Under the pieces are notes generated by a model. It ran no database searches. It was not told where the DNA came from and saw nothing but the letters and a program-made list of their open reading frames with translations. The position numbers and the translations under genes are program-made. DNA of 63,790 nt, counting the filler, from Octopus bimaculoides (taxonomy: Eukaryota): the NCBI RefSeq assembly GCF_001194135.2. It is 7 parts of 5 records of this genome, joined end to end, with 100 filler letters (N's around TTAATTAATTAA, not from the genome) between each part and the next. Parts side by side here need not be neighbours in the genome. Positions count along the whole stretch, not along the records: positions 1 to 7,830 come from NC_068982.1; positions 7,931 to 15,232 come from NC_068986.1; 5 more parts are not named here. One strand, written 5' to 3'. The first letter of the stretch is position 1, and each line of letters starts with the position of its first letter. Shown one piece after another: positions 1 to 11,889 of the stretch.

Positions 1-152
1 TATATATATATATATATATATATATATCTGTCTGGACGCAGTGACTGACAACAGAATGTTATAGTCGAGTCTTACTGCGTATCTGATAAAATATTCCGAG
101 CTTTCGAATAAAAGTGTGAGAAGGCCGCGGCCGTTTGAGTGGTGATAGCGTT

Positions 153-262
153 TCATTGGTTAAGTTTCAATTCCATCAACCAATGAGCGACAGTTTGGCA
201 TGTTGCTGTCTTCAAGAATTTTGTGTTACTCATTTTCATCTTCTTTTCGCTGTATGGTATGT
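153..262 (+). promoter_or_regulatory. Possible promoter/first-exon region (inverted CCAAT pair followed by a GTATGT donor)
   Basis: TCATTGGTT (153-161) and AACCAATGA (178-186) are exact inverted copies. A GC-rich GGCCGCGGCC lies at 123-132 and a donor-like G|GTATGT at 257. Confidence 0.25.
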
Positions 263-1189
263 CGTTTTAGATTTTGGTAATGATTTTCTAAAAATTAATA
301 CTATCAATATTTTTTTTAGCATACATCTCTTTATAATACAGCTATTAATAATATACTAGCTGCTGCTCAGTATCTCTCCGTATGATAATAAACAAATATT
401 TTTATTGGTTACCATTCAACCCCTTTGGCAAAAATAATTATGTTTTTACTACCCTACTAAAATTACATCTAATTACACCGCTTGTAGCTATTCTCGTGAA
501 TAGCTAAATACTTTTTTATTTTTCTGGCCTAAAGCATTTTTGGTTTATTATTCTTGTCAAGATGGTCAATTTTCTCTCATCATTCTATAACAAAATGCTT
601 CTTCGATTTCAGTTAACATACATTTTTACTGTAATACAGTTTTGTATCTATTAACAAGTAATTTACTGTTAATTTTTTCTCTATAAGCAACAGTTTTTTT
701 AATAATTAGTAAATAAATAAATGAATTGTCACTATTTCAACCTGCATACAACTTGACTTTAATGTGGACAGCCTTACACGTGGTTTTCTTAATGTATTTA
801 TTTCAATTATCAACCTTATTTGACTCATAAAATAATATCTTGATATTTTTCGTTCACTTTTGTCACTAAGCTTCAGTATGATAAACTTTGCTGTATTCGG
901 TGACAATTAGATTCCTTCACTTTTAAATTAATGCTTTGCGTGATTTCTCCGTCTTTGATTGACAAATAATTTGTCAACAATATATATAGCAATAACTCAC
1001 TAACTATATATCAGTAAAGATATTCATTCTGCTCTGTTGTTAATGTAAACAATATTAATCATATATATTCACGAATTGAAACAAGGTTCTTTTGATATTG
1101 AACACATTCAAAGAATTTATTGTTCACTATAGATAGCAAAGGAAACTGTGAGTAGATTTGTTTGATTGATATTGAGAGACGCCCGACGT

Positions 1190-1216
1190 GCATATATATA
1201 TATATATGTGTGTGTT

Positions 1217-1300
<84 letters not shown>

Positions 1301-1512
1301 TATGTGTCTGCCCCCACACCACCATTACTTGACAACCGATGTTGGTGTGTTTACATCACCATAACTTAGCGGTTGGACAAAAGTTACTGACAGAATAAGT
1401 ACTAGGCTTACAAAGAATAAGTCCTGGGATAGATGGCTTGGACTAAAAATTTTAAGGCTGTGCTACAATATGACTGCAGTCAAAATGATTGAAACATACA
1501 AGAATAAAAGAT
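1190..1512 (+). mobile_element. tRNA-derived SINE family A, 3' half with internal (TA)n/(TG)n
   Basis: Matches other copies in the window (6001-6228, 22618-23014): ...TTGACAACCGATG..GGTGTGTTTAC..ATAACTTAGCGG..AGAATAAGTACTAGGCTTACAAAGAATAAGTCCTGGG...GACTGAAAC. Confidence 0.75.
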
Positions 1513-2199
1513 ATACGTCGGAGATTTAAGGAACTGCGGCTGTTGCAAGTAATGGCTTCACAGAGACATACTGGGCAATGGGCTCAGAGATGTGCTTCCA
1601 GAATATAGATTTCATCATTATAGCCGAGATATGCAGGGTTTATATAAGCACTGCTCATCTCCAATCATCTTAGTCGTTTGTCATCTTCTCATAGGTTTAT
1701 CATCTTGAGATTGGTCTTCACCCTCTTTGCTTGTTTTTCAAATTCTCTGCATTCGGAGCCATCTTCTGCATTGATGACTCAGTATAATTTAAAAACTGGT
1801 CTGTCTTCATCCTAGAACAGTGAATCAAAAAAATGAAGAAAAGATGATAGCTGGATTAATTCCAGCTTTGCATGTTTTCTGAAAGGGAAATTGTCGTTAG
1901 GCATATAATATTCGGAACGTGTTCTCCGTAACCTGGCAGAAGGAATTCTATTTTCATCTTATGTGCTTCAGCTACTAAATAATCGCAGAAATGAAAATTT
2001 ATAAAATTATTTAAATATCCTGTTTTTTCGTTAATGTGACGACATTAATCAATTATTTTTAATTATTAATAAATTTACAGAATAAAATTAAAGTCACCAA
2101 CTAGCATATAACATTTGTTGATTAATTAAATTGATGAGGAATGCACACTTTGAAATATTACTTATGGAAACTAATTTCTTTTTTCATATAACACAAAAG

Positions 2200-2489
2200 T
2201 TGAGGTACTGAACGTTGATCCACCGTTATACGATGATCTACCATCATACGATGATCCACCGTCATACGATGAAGTCATGGGATATTCATCGGCTTTTGAG
2301 AATCCTACGACATCTGAACATACCGCACTGCCAGAATATCCACCACTTCCATATACACTACAACCCATACACTCATCACAACCAACACGACCTGGTTACC
2401 AGTCACAACCACCAGTACCCGAACACCCGTCACTACCGCCATTTGATTACAATTTAGATTTTTCAGAGCAACAACGACAGACTAATGCT
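2200..2489 (+). CDS. Internal coding exon of a proline-rich PY-motif (WW-domain ligand) protein
   Basis: CTAAT branch-like site at 2171, pyrimidine tract, AG at 2198-2199 and donor GCT|GTAAGC at 2490. The 290-nt open frame reads (x)EVLNVDPPLYDDLPSYDDPPSYDEVMGYSSAFENPTTSEHTALPEYPPLPYTLQPIHSSQPTRPGYQSQPPVPEHPSLPPFDYNLDFSEQQRQTNA, with PPLY, LPSY, PPSY and LPEY motifs. Upstream exons are not confidently placed. Confidence 0.62.
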
Positions 2490-4375
2490 GTAAGCAACTA
2501 TTTTTTTTCTCTTATTTTACTTTTTACTGTTCTACAACCATTTATCCTAAACAGAGATTTTATGCTTGTTGTGCCGACGCGCTCAGGCGAAGAAGTAGGA
2601 TCTCCCAAGACATATAAATGGCCGTGGTAGCAGTCGTGTAGCGGTTGAGTAGAGATCATCCGAAGGTGCTAGATAGCAGTAACTTGAGACAGAACAGTTT
2701 AGCAACTTTTAGTCATCAAAAGATGACTATACAAGGAAGTCATCTTGAAGAATTTTTAGTCAGTCACATCATTATATGGAGCACAATAAATGTTTTAGTT
2801 TGGAATTTATTTTATCAATCTTTATTTATCGAATGTCCGACAGGTTCTGCAGAACTACGATAGTAACAGTAGCAATCGGAGTAACTGACATGGAAGATGT
2901 ATACACACGAATGTGTACGTGTGTGTGTGTGCGTGCGTTCACGCATGTATTTATATGTATGTATTTGTGTGGGGGTATGAGTGTATGTGTGTGTATGCGC
3001 GTGTGTATATGTGTGTGTGTGCGTGTGCGTACGTATGTATGTCTGTGTGTGTGCGCGCGCGTGTGTGTGTGTGTGTGTGAATGCATGATGGTTCCCTCAA
3101 ATTTTCCATCAACTATATTCAATTCACCCGCTATTTGTCAATTCAAAGGTATGGTAGAGCCTAGCTCCATGTTGACCAAGCTATCGTGCAATAGGATCAA
3201 ACCTGAAACTTTCTGGTTCTAAAGTTTCTTAATCACAAAGTAATGAGTGGTCCTTCAAAAGTAAAAGGCTTAAGCACATAATGAAAGTGAGTTCAGAAAA
3301 AGAGTTTGACAGAGATGGCCAAAACAGTAGACAGTAAAACTAGGTAATTTTGATATTCATTTTCGTTTTCTAAAAACTGGGTTCACCTTAACCTAGAATC
3401 AATTAAATAAGTTCAATACAAGGCAGTCAATTCAATCAACTATATTCTTCCTTTTTAAATATAATTATACTTCTAATGAAACGGAAATAATGTTTTAATA
3501 ACTGAATCAAGTATTCAAACTAGCAGAGGTAGCTATAATAGTGTGCTTAAGAAGTTCACCCAGCATTCATAAGATGCCTGTTCTGGGCCTAGGGCATAGA
3601 TGTTTGAGCAAATATTTTTTATTATTATAGGAACGCAGATCGATTCAAACTTTGTGGGTGAAATTGTTTAGACGGAAACTATGTAGAAACAACTTGGTTA
3701 GAAGTGAAGCAGTAAATCAGAGGGTCAAACTTGTCTCATATTGTGTCAAGCTGATTTGGTCTGAAAATTATATTAAGCATACACGTGTTTCTGTGGAATA
3801 TTCAGCTAGTTACTCATTAATAAATAAGTACTTCTGTTGACCCTTGCAACTTAATGCTAATTTTGAAACTGGTTGGGGTTCCGTCATCACTCAAAATCAG
3901 TCAGCAATATTTTAGATATCCCAGAACAGGGTATAATCTTAATGACAAACCAGATTTCAATTTAGCTTTTCATTTAAGCTAATTGTTTTTATAATTGCTT
4001 TTAGCGTAAAGCAGGATTTGAGAACCTCAACAGTGTTTCGGGCGGTGTGAAACACATCTGAACCGAGACAATAAGATAAATGATCTTTCACAAAGTAAGA
4101 AGACTACAACATATATTAAAGTTTTATTGCAAATGCATCATTTGGAAGTTTCGAATTTTAATGTACACAGAGTTTTTTTTTTCAAAGGATGATACATTCT
4201 CCACTTTCATCAGAGAGTCACCAATCACTGGATTGAATGTCTTACAGACCTGGCCTTCATTATTTTATGTTCTAAATTTAGATCATACGGGCTCAACTTT
4301 GTCATCATTCCAAGGTTGACAAATTAAGTTCCTGTCACCTAATCAATTTGATATATTTCTTCTACGTGTTTGCAG

Positions 4376-4408
4376 AGTTGTACCAATGAAAGACATTATC
4401 ATTTATAA
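4376..4408 (+). CDS. Putative terminal coding exon of the PY-motif gene (SCTNERHYHL*)
   Basis: CCTAAT at 4338-4343, tract ATATATTTCTTCTACGTGTTTGCAG, phase 0 matching the 2489 donor, stop TAA at 4406-4408 and AATAAA at 4445-4450. Confidence 0.45.
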   Translation, partial: SCTNERHYHL

Positions 4409-5691
4409 TGAAATGTAGAGAGAAATTAGTCATTACATTAGCTAAATAAATCATGTGTGGTTTAGGAATATTCCAAAATTAAGAAAGTTCTCATTTTAAT
4501 TTTAATGTATACATTTTTTTTATCTTCATAACATCGTTTCTTTATATTAAACATTTCAAATGAATTAGTTAAACTTGTTTAAAGAGCGAGATTGATGACT
4601 GTTTTGTCATGCTACAGACTAAGATTATGCCTTCAATCTTATACTCTACAGACATTTTGAAAGGGTAACACTCAAACATATACAATGAAAAATGAAATGG
4701 TATTAAAGATTTATTGGGAACTTGTGACCTCGACTCTTTCAAGGTGTTTGAAACTAGTGTAAGGAAGGGAAGAAATGGACAATAGACAAAAGAATTAATG
4801 AAATGTTTTCAATGGGGTAAACTCTGCTGGAGGATGGTTTAAATCAACTATCGAAAAGCCGAGCTGAGTCCCTCTGGTAGGAAGCCATACAGATTCTATC
4901 TATTAAATTTTACTCACAAGAATTAGTTGGCGTGAAGCTATGGTTAATGACATCTGATCAAAATGCTGTGCTGTGGGATTGAACCTGAGCCATGTGGTTG
5001 AGAAAGAAACTATTGAACCACATTGCAATGTCTGTGCTTTATCACATTGAGCAAGTTATCAGTTTTTACTGCATGGATGATACAACTTTTCATATCCCAT
5101 TCAAATAAATATAGTTCATTTGTGCCTAAAGACAGAGAATCAAACATTCTATTTATTCAATTGAACTACAAAAATGAAGATACTTCAGGTAGAACTCTTT
5201 CGCTAGCGAAGTCTAATTTAGTCCTTGCTGCCCCATTCCAGTGAAACATACGTGGTAAGAGGCGAAATTTTGGTGACGCTGAGATACCTGATGATTATAC
5301 AGAAGGATTTCCGATAATGTTAAAGATTCGGAATAAGTGCTTACAACATCTCTGAGAAGTTCCTACAGTTTCTATGGTGACGGGGTAAAGTATCTCTGAT
5401 GTTAATTCTACATATATTCAGAAGCCGTATAATCTAGTCATGTTGAATAAATATATATTCTTGTAAAATAAGGATTGCTATTGTTGTTGTTGTCCTTCCA
5501 GGCCAAATCTTATTAACCAATCCTTTATTCGAAGGACATAGTTATAACCATTCAGTCTTTTTATAAAGCATTCTATCAGCACATTATCCCATGTGTTATT
5601 TCTCCAAAAGAATATAGAATTTTATCTAAGGTAGACATGGGGCTATTGTCATTAAGAAGTCAAAGTACCATATACAGGCACCTTCATTGGC

Positions 5692-5703
5692 TTGTTTGGG
5701 ATT

Positions 5704-5762
<59 letters not shown>

Positions 5763-5782
5763 TATCATTATTATTATTATTA
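5692..5782. repeat. (ATC)n/(ATT)n microsatellite
   Basis: Directly visible. Confidence 0.95.
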
Positions 5783-5789
5783 TATATAG

Positions 5790-5999
5790 TGTGACCCCTC
5801 TGTCCGGCATTCGCCATGATAGAGTGCTAGCCACTATACCTTTTTTCTATTTTCTCTCCCTATTTATTTCTGTGTTCCTTTCTGTCGAAGAGCATAGGCT
5901 CGAAACGTAAAAGACTTTCTCACTTTCCGAGCGTTAAACTAATACATCTGTTTATTGCTTACACACCCGTCCTCGTGTTTTTTTTTTTGTAATTTCTCA

Positions 6000-6000
<1 letters not shown>
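5790..6000 (+). mobile_element. Short (TA)n-flanked repeat carrying a minimal hammerhead-like motif (Penelope-associated type)
   Basis: Related to the inverted copy at about 44960-45130. Contains CTTT-CTGTCGA-A-GAGC-ATAG-GCTC-GAAA-CGT-A-AAAG (5878-5913). Confidence 0.55.
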
Positions 6001-6031
<31 letters not shown>

Positions 6032-6228
6032 ATTTGTCCCACCACCACCAACATCGCTTGACAACTGATGCTGCTGTGTTTACGTCCCTGTAACTTAGCG
6101 GTTCAGCAAAAAAGTGCGATAGAATAAGTGCTAGATAGAGATCGATATAATAAGTCCTGGGGTCGATTTGCTCGACTAAAGGCGGTGCTCTAGCATGGCC
6201 GCAGTCAAATGACTGAAAGAAATAAAAG
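6001..6228 (+). mobile_element. SINE family A, 3' half
   Basis: Same tail as 22618-23014 (GTCCTGGGGTCGATTTGCTCGACTAAAGGCGGTGCTCTAGCATGGCCGCAGTCAAATGACTGAAA). Confidence 0.8.
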
Positions 6229-6739
6229 AAAAAAATACGAATATGAAATTCTTTGTCTGTCTGTTCTCTATGCATTCTCGAACGGCTCGACCAAATTAAA
6301 TCAAATTTTACAACGCACCGTACATCCCTGTGTCGAAGACACTTCGGCCTCCAGGACGCACCCTAATTTTGAAAAACAAAAATTTGAAAAAAAAAAAATA
6401 TATAATAGTCATAAAAATAAGTTCCTGACACTTCGTGTCTTGTTACCTTAACAGGTGCAATGAAGAAAGAAACACCACTGTAATCTCCAGCACGCCACTT
6501 AAAATGTTCCGAGCATTTATTTTGGCTGTTCGTCTAACACTTATTTGCGTTATCCCTTACGCCGGCTAATCGTGACCCCACACTCGCGTCTGTAAAACTA
6601 ATAAAAGGTAGCACTCACCAGCCTTGCCAATTTGTTTTGTAGGACCGTCAGTACAGAGACATGGTATGGTAAGTTTATTCTCAAAGTTTGCACCTACCCT
6701 TATGTGCCCATTGTAATACTGAAAATACTCTACGACATG

Positions 6740-6983
6740 GATTATTATTATTGTTGTTGTTGTTGTTGTTGTTGTTCTTCTTCTTCTTCTTCTTCTTCTT
6801 CTTCTTCTTTCTCTTTTTCTTCTTCCTCTTCCTCTTCTTCCTCTTCCTCTTCTTCTTCTTCTTCTTCTTATTATTATTATTATCATCATCATTATCATTA
6901 TTATTATAATCATTATCATTATCATTATTATCATTATTATTATCATTATTTATTATTATCATTATTTATTATTATCATTATTA

Positions 6984-7023
<40 letters not shown>

Positions 7024-7030
7024 TACTACT
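6740..7030. repeat. Compound trinucleotide microsatellite (ATT/GTT/CTT/CTC/ATC)
   Basis: Directly visible. It explains the low-complexity ORFs here. Confidence 0.95.
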
Positions 7031-7449
7031 ATTATCAGTGATATAATTGTTTTTATTTTTTAGTATTTGTCATTGTTATATTAACAGACTCAGACGTTAC
7101 ACAGGTGGTGGTGGGCAATGGTAGTAGTGATAGTCGGGCCTGACATTCCTGTGCTATCAGCATAGTAGTAGGTGTAGCATTAACAGCTGCAGCATATTAT
7201 CATTATTTTTATTTTTATCATTAACACCATCACCACCACTACTACTGTTATTACCATTATTACTATTTCCATTTATTATTAAAAGATTTTATTAAATGTT
7301 CTTCATTTTCAACGTTTGTCCTGTACTTGAGATAATCATAAATATGTGGTTGTTGGAAGAAACAGTTGGGGGAAGTCTTGCAGCTTGGTGACTAGATCAA
7401 ATTCTACAGGTCTATAAATAGATTCGGCAGATGGTGTGGAGGTCAGCCA

Positions 7450-7830
7450 TATTATTATTATTATTATTATTATTATTGTTCAGTAGTTTTATTTTTATAA
7501 CGTGCTTTCACTTCACTACCGAGCGCAGCTCTGTGCGCCTTGGGTGTGTGTTGTGGTTTGCTGTGGTGCTCTTATGGTTACTGTATTGAAAGTGTTTTGC
7601 GTAGGATGTGTGCAGTGCCCAGTAGTGCAATTTTCTGTATGTTATATATATTTGTAAGTCCTGGTGTTTTTGTTATGTATTTGTCTGAATAATTTTTTAT
7701 TATACCTACTATGATAGGAATTGTTTCTGTTTTTAGATTCCACATTCGAGTTATCTCTATTTCCAGGTCTTTGTATTTTGAAAGTTTTTCCATTTCTTTT
7801 AGAGAGACGTTGTCATCTGCTGGTATTGAT
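7450..7830 (-). mobile_element. 3' end of an R4/Dong-like non-LTR retrotransposon (restriction-like endonuclease C-terminus) ending in (TAA)n
   Basis: Minus frame SIPADDNVSLKEMEKLSKYKDLEIEITRMWNLKTETIPIIVG..QKIALLGTAHILRKTL* fits the RLE-type end (EK..KY.DL..EI.RMW). A short 3' UTR follows, then (TAA)n at 7451-7477. Truncated by the gap at 7831. Confidence 0.7.
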
Positions 7831-7930
7831 NNNNNNNNNNNNNNNNNNNNNNNNNNNNNNNNNNNNNNNNNNNNTTAATTAATTAANNNNNNNNNNNNNN
7901 NNNNNNNNNNNNNNNNNNNNNNNNNNNNNN
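7831..7930. other. 100-N scaffold gap with an artificial TTAATTAATTAA spacer
   Basis: The same spacer is centred in gaps at 7875, 15277, 18042, 44897, 59307 and 62147. It is a palindrome with stops in all six frames and an assembly artefact. Confidence 0.95.
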
Positions 7931-7989
7931 GTCTCTTATATACATGTATATAAAAGACCAAAGTGTCTCTTATATATAGCGCCGCTATA

Positions 7990-9110
7990 TTTATATAAAA
8001 AAGGAATACTAAAAAAAGGGACAAGAACGCAAAACATCCAGACAGTTAGATGATACAAAAAAGAGACAACAAATTATCCAGACAGACGATACAAAAAAAA
8101 ACAAAAAACTCAAGGATGGATCATTCGGAGTTTTCTTTCTTCAGTCGAGTTCCAGATTATCTTTGCAATTTCGGCTGGTTATACTCGAGATTGCTCCAAT
8201 CTGGCCAGCCTCAAGGAAAAAGTAAGGTAAGAGCACTAGATTCCTTGGAAGAAAGCAGCGAATGTATATGAAAACAAGGACGGAAAAAAACGGAGAAATG
8301 GTACACAAATACAAATGTAAATAAAGGACATTACCTACAGGTGTCTTTCGACTAAGGACGAATTGAATTAAGCTGGCGTGTGTGGAAGTGAAGCCTTACG
8401 GCAGGGACATATGAGATGACAGGCATGGGGAGGAATAAGATGTTGCTCGGATGGTAGTCGAACCAAGAAATAAAGGTCAGGCTTGACCGAACACCGGTCA
8501 CGTGGATAGGGAAAAGAGAGAGGTAGAGGCAGAGGGATAGAAGAATTGGGGAGGGAAAGAAATAAAAGGGAACAGAGTGAAGTGAAAGAGGAGGAAATGT
8601 GAGAATGAAGAGAAAGCCAGGAAATATGAGAGAAGGGAATAAATATTTGAAAATATTTATTAATTTTTATTAATTATTATCGTTAGTAAAATGAATAATA
8701 ACAACAATAATATAGGTAGCCAACAAGCAAAAGTTGATAAATGGCAAATCCAAAATTTCATGATTAATTTATAATTATAATAGGGCACACGTGGTGCCAA
8801 CATTGTTGTGAAAATCAGAGTCGAAAAATCCTGTAAGAAAACCACCAATCACTGGAAAAATAACAAGCAGAACAGAAATCAGACTACGACCAATGAAATT
8901 AACTTATCATCTCGGCAGAAAGCTATAGAATGAGGAAATAGATGTTTGTGGATCAATTGATTTCAAGTTTTGAGAGGTTACCGCTCTTAATTCTCATCAG
9001 CAGGTCTCACTATACACCCATGGTTAAAAACTTTGCTCGATTCGTTTTGCTTGGTAACCGTTGAAAAGTTAGCGCTAAATTCAAAAACGGTGTCGGTGTA
9101 TAAAATTACT
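7990..9110 (-). repeat. Degenerate non-autonomous repeat(s), possibly Penelope-type terminal repeats, with a decayed hammerhead-like motif
   Basis: Purine-skewed repeat-like sequence. Minus strand CTGATGA...GAAATCAATTGATC at 9000-8951. Confidence 0.3.
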
Positions 9111-9166
9111 TAATGAATAAATATTTGAAAATAAAGATATAGATATTATTATTAACTATTCACACA

Positions 9167-9238
<72 letters not shown>

Positions 9239-9987
9239 NNNNNNNNNNNNNNNNNNNNNNNNNNNNNNNNNNNNNNNNNNNNNNNNNNNNNNNNNNNNNN
9301 NNNNNNNNNNNNNNNNNNNNNNNNNNNNNNNNNNNNNNNNNNNNNNNNNNNNNNNNNNNNNNNNNNNNNNNNNNNNNNNNNNNNNNNNNNNNNNNNNNNN
9401 NNNNNNNNNNNNNNNNNNNNNNNNNNNNNNNNNNNNNNNNNNNNNNNNNNNNNNNNNNNNNNNNNNNNNNNNNNNNNNNNNNNNNNNNNNNNNNNNNNNN
9501 NNNNNNNNNNNNNNNNNNNNNNNNNNNNNNNNNNNNNNNNNNNNNNNNNNNNNNNNNNNNNNNNNNNNNNNNNNNNNNNNNNNNNNNNNNNNNNNNNNNN
9601 NNNNNNNNNNNNNNNNNNNNNNNNNNNNNNNNNNNNNNNNNNNNNNNNNNNNNNNNNNNNNNNNNNNNNNNNNNNNNNNNNNNNNNNNNNNNNNNNNNNN
9701 NNNNNNNNNNNNNNNNNNNNNNNNNNNNNNNNNNNNNNNNNNNNNNNNNNNNNNNNNNNNNNNNNNNNNNNNNNNNNNNNNNNNNNNNNNNNNNNNNNNN
9801 NNNNNNNNNNNNNNNNNNNNNNNNNNNNNNNNNNNNNNNNNNNNNNNNNNNNNNNNNNNNNNNNNNNNNNNNNNNNNNNNNNNNNNNNNNNNNNNNNNNN
9901 NNNNNNNNNNNNNNNNNNNNNNNNNNNNNNNNNNNNNNNNNNNNNNNNNNNNNNNNNNNNNNNNNNNNNNNNNNNNNNNNNNNNNNN

Positions 9988-10025
<38 letters not shown>

Positions 10026-10954
10026 CTTTCTCTCTCTCTCATTCTCACTCACTCACTGTCTCACTAGCAAGGAAGCATAGGCAAATGCAAGCTTTGTTTA
10101 GTTTTTTTTAACAAATTGCATCGTAAAAGGTATGTGGCCTAGCGGTTCATGTTCATAACATTCCATGTTCATTTTCCATAATCCGGACGTCGCATTGTAT
10201 CTTTGAGGAAGATACTTCATTTTCCCATTGTTCCAGTCCACTCTCTCCATCCATCAGTCCACTCCCTACATCTGCCACCACATCCTGGATTTCCCACTTT
10301 ATCAACTTTAAGCAGGCCAAAAGGGTCAGCACGTCTGCTCTTAATCACATAAGAACTTAAAAGAAGCAAAAGCATGGTATATGTGACGAAACTATGCTTT
10401 CTGGCGAGTGACGGCAGGCTATGCTGTACAGTAATTGTTTACGTTGGAGGAAAGAACTATACCACTAGACTTCACAGCCATTTCCTTACTCAAGACCAGA
10501 AAGATTGATGTATTTGATGGGTGTTTTGAGCAGCTATAAACTGATGGTAGCAAGAAAATTAGAGAAAGGGAGAGGTGAAATTCTGGTAACACCTTTCTAG
10601 GCTTGAAGAGCTGGCTGAAGAGATTAATGCGTAGAGAGCACAAAATAGGTGACGAAAGAAGTGAATTAGTTGAGAGGACCTAAATAGAAATGGCATGAAT
10701 CAAGCAATAACCAAAGTGCAGAAGCCACTGTAGTGGTGGTGGTGGAAAAAGAACTAAGAGTCCACAGACTCTTGGTGTGCGACTTCGCTCTTATCAACCG
10801 TTTCTATTTTGAAGTAGCCAATGGTGTCTGTGTGTGTAGTAATAACGCTGTCTCAGATGTGTTAGATGTACTTTACTGTGGGCATCTCTTCCGCTTCTGG
10901 CCGATGAAAAGGGCCAGTATTATGGTGCAGTCTTTTTCTGCCTTTTTAACTTGT

Positions 10955-11300
10955 GCTTATTTCAGTCATTGGACTGCGGCCATGCCAGGGCACCACATTG
11001 AAGAATTTAGTCGAACAAATAAACCCCAGTACTTATTCTTTATGAAGTCTGGCACTTATTCTATCGGTCTCTTTTATCGAACAACTATGTTACGGAGACG
11101 TATGCTAATAAACGCACCGGTTGGCAAGTAATGGGGTGTGTTCGGAGGACAAACAGAAAAACACACGCACAAATGCATACACATATAAAAACACGACGAA
11201 GTTCCGCACAACTTCCGTTTTCCAAATCCACTCACAAGGTTTTGGTCATCTTGGAGCTACAGTAGAAGACACTTGCCCAAGGTGCCGTGCAGTAACACCC
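10955..11300 (-). mobile_element. SINE family A, diverged copy
   Basis: TTCAGTCATTGGACTGCGGCCATGC...CCACTCACAAGG...AGTAGAAGACACTTGCCCAAGGTGCC matches 22618-23014. Confidence 0.7.
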
Positions 11301-11324
11301 AAGAGAATTCTCTCAGCTCATTAC

Positions 11325-11470
11325 GTTCTGAATTCAAATTCCACCGAGGTTGACTTTGCCTTTCATCCTTTCGGGGTCAACAAAATAAGTGTCAGTTGAA
11401 CACAGGGGTCGATGTATTTGTCTAACCCTTCCCTTAAAGTTGCAGGCCTTGAGCCAAGATTTGAAATTGA
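11325..11470 (+). mobile_element. SINE family B (B-box plus GACTTTGCCTTTCATCCTTTCGGGGTC core)
   Basis: Same core as the copies at 51720-51910 and 32100-32695. Confidence 0.75.
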
Positions 11471-11889
11471 TATTTTATGTCGTGACTGTTTAGAAAAGCT
11501 GTTGGTAAAGACGAGATTGCCATGACTCTATTGGAGAATGCTTCCAAAATTTCTGTTCTTTAAATGATTGCAAGTTTGGTATGAGTTGTCTACATGTAAT
11601 GCGGATGAGGTTTGAGTGAGGAACGTTAGGAGAAATGAAAAGCGATATAATCGAAAGACAGGAATAGGCGTTGGCAACGAGTAGGACGTTAATGTATAGG
11701 CGAACGCATGCGGAGAGAAAACCAAACTTTAGAGAAAAGCAGAGTTGATAGGGTATGTGTGTGTGTATGTATGGGTGGGAAAGAGAGAGAGAGAGAGAGG
11801 GGGGGCGGAGAGAAGGAGTGAGAGGGTGAGAGTGAGAGTGTGAAAAAGTGAGAAAGAGAGTGAGGGAGGGAGATGGTTTTTCAGAAATT

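Noticed and set aside
6230-6600. Possible non-autonomous Helitron body (CTGTCTGTTCTCTATGCATTC..)
   Set aside because: No clear 5' TC or 3' hairpin-CTRR terminus could be placed.
6566-7063. Poly-Arg/Lys/Ser ORFs (also 5626-5910 and 39467-40078)
   Set aside because: These are translations of trinucleotide microsatellites with no splice or codon support.
7875-7886. TTAATTAATTAA recurring six times in the middle of N runs
   Set aside because: It is always centred in 100-N gaps, so it is a scaffolding spacer with six-frame stops rather than biology.
9152-10052. Long ORFs spanning N runs (also 16150-16561, 36633-37392, 43968-44611 and 52975-53315)
   Set aside because: They are open only because N codons have no stops, and their flanks are (CA)n or (TA)n.
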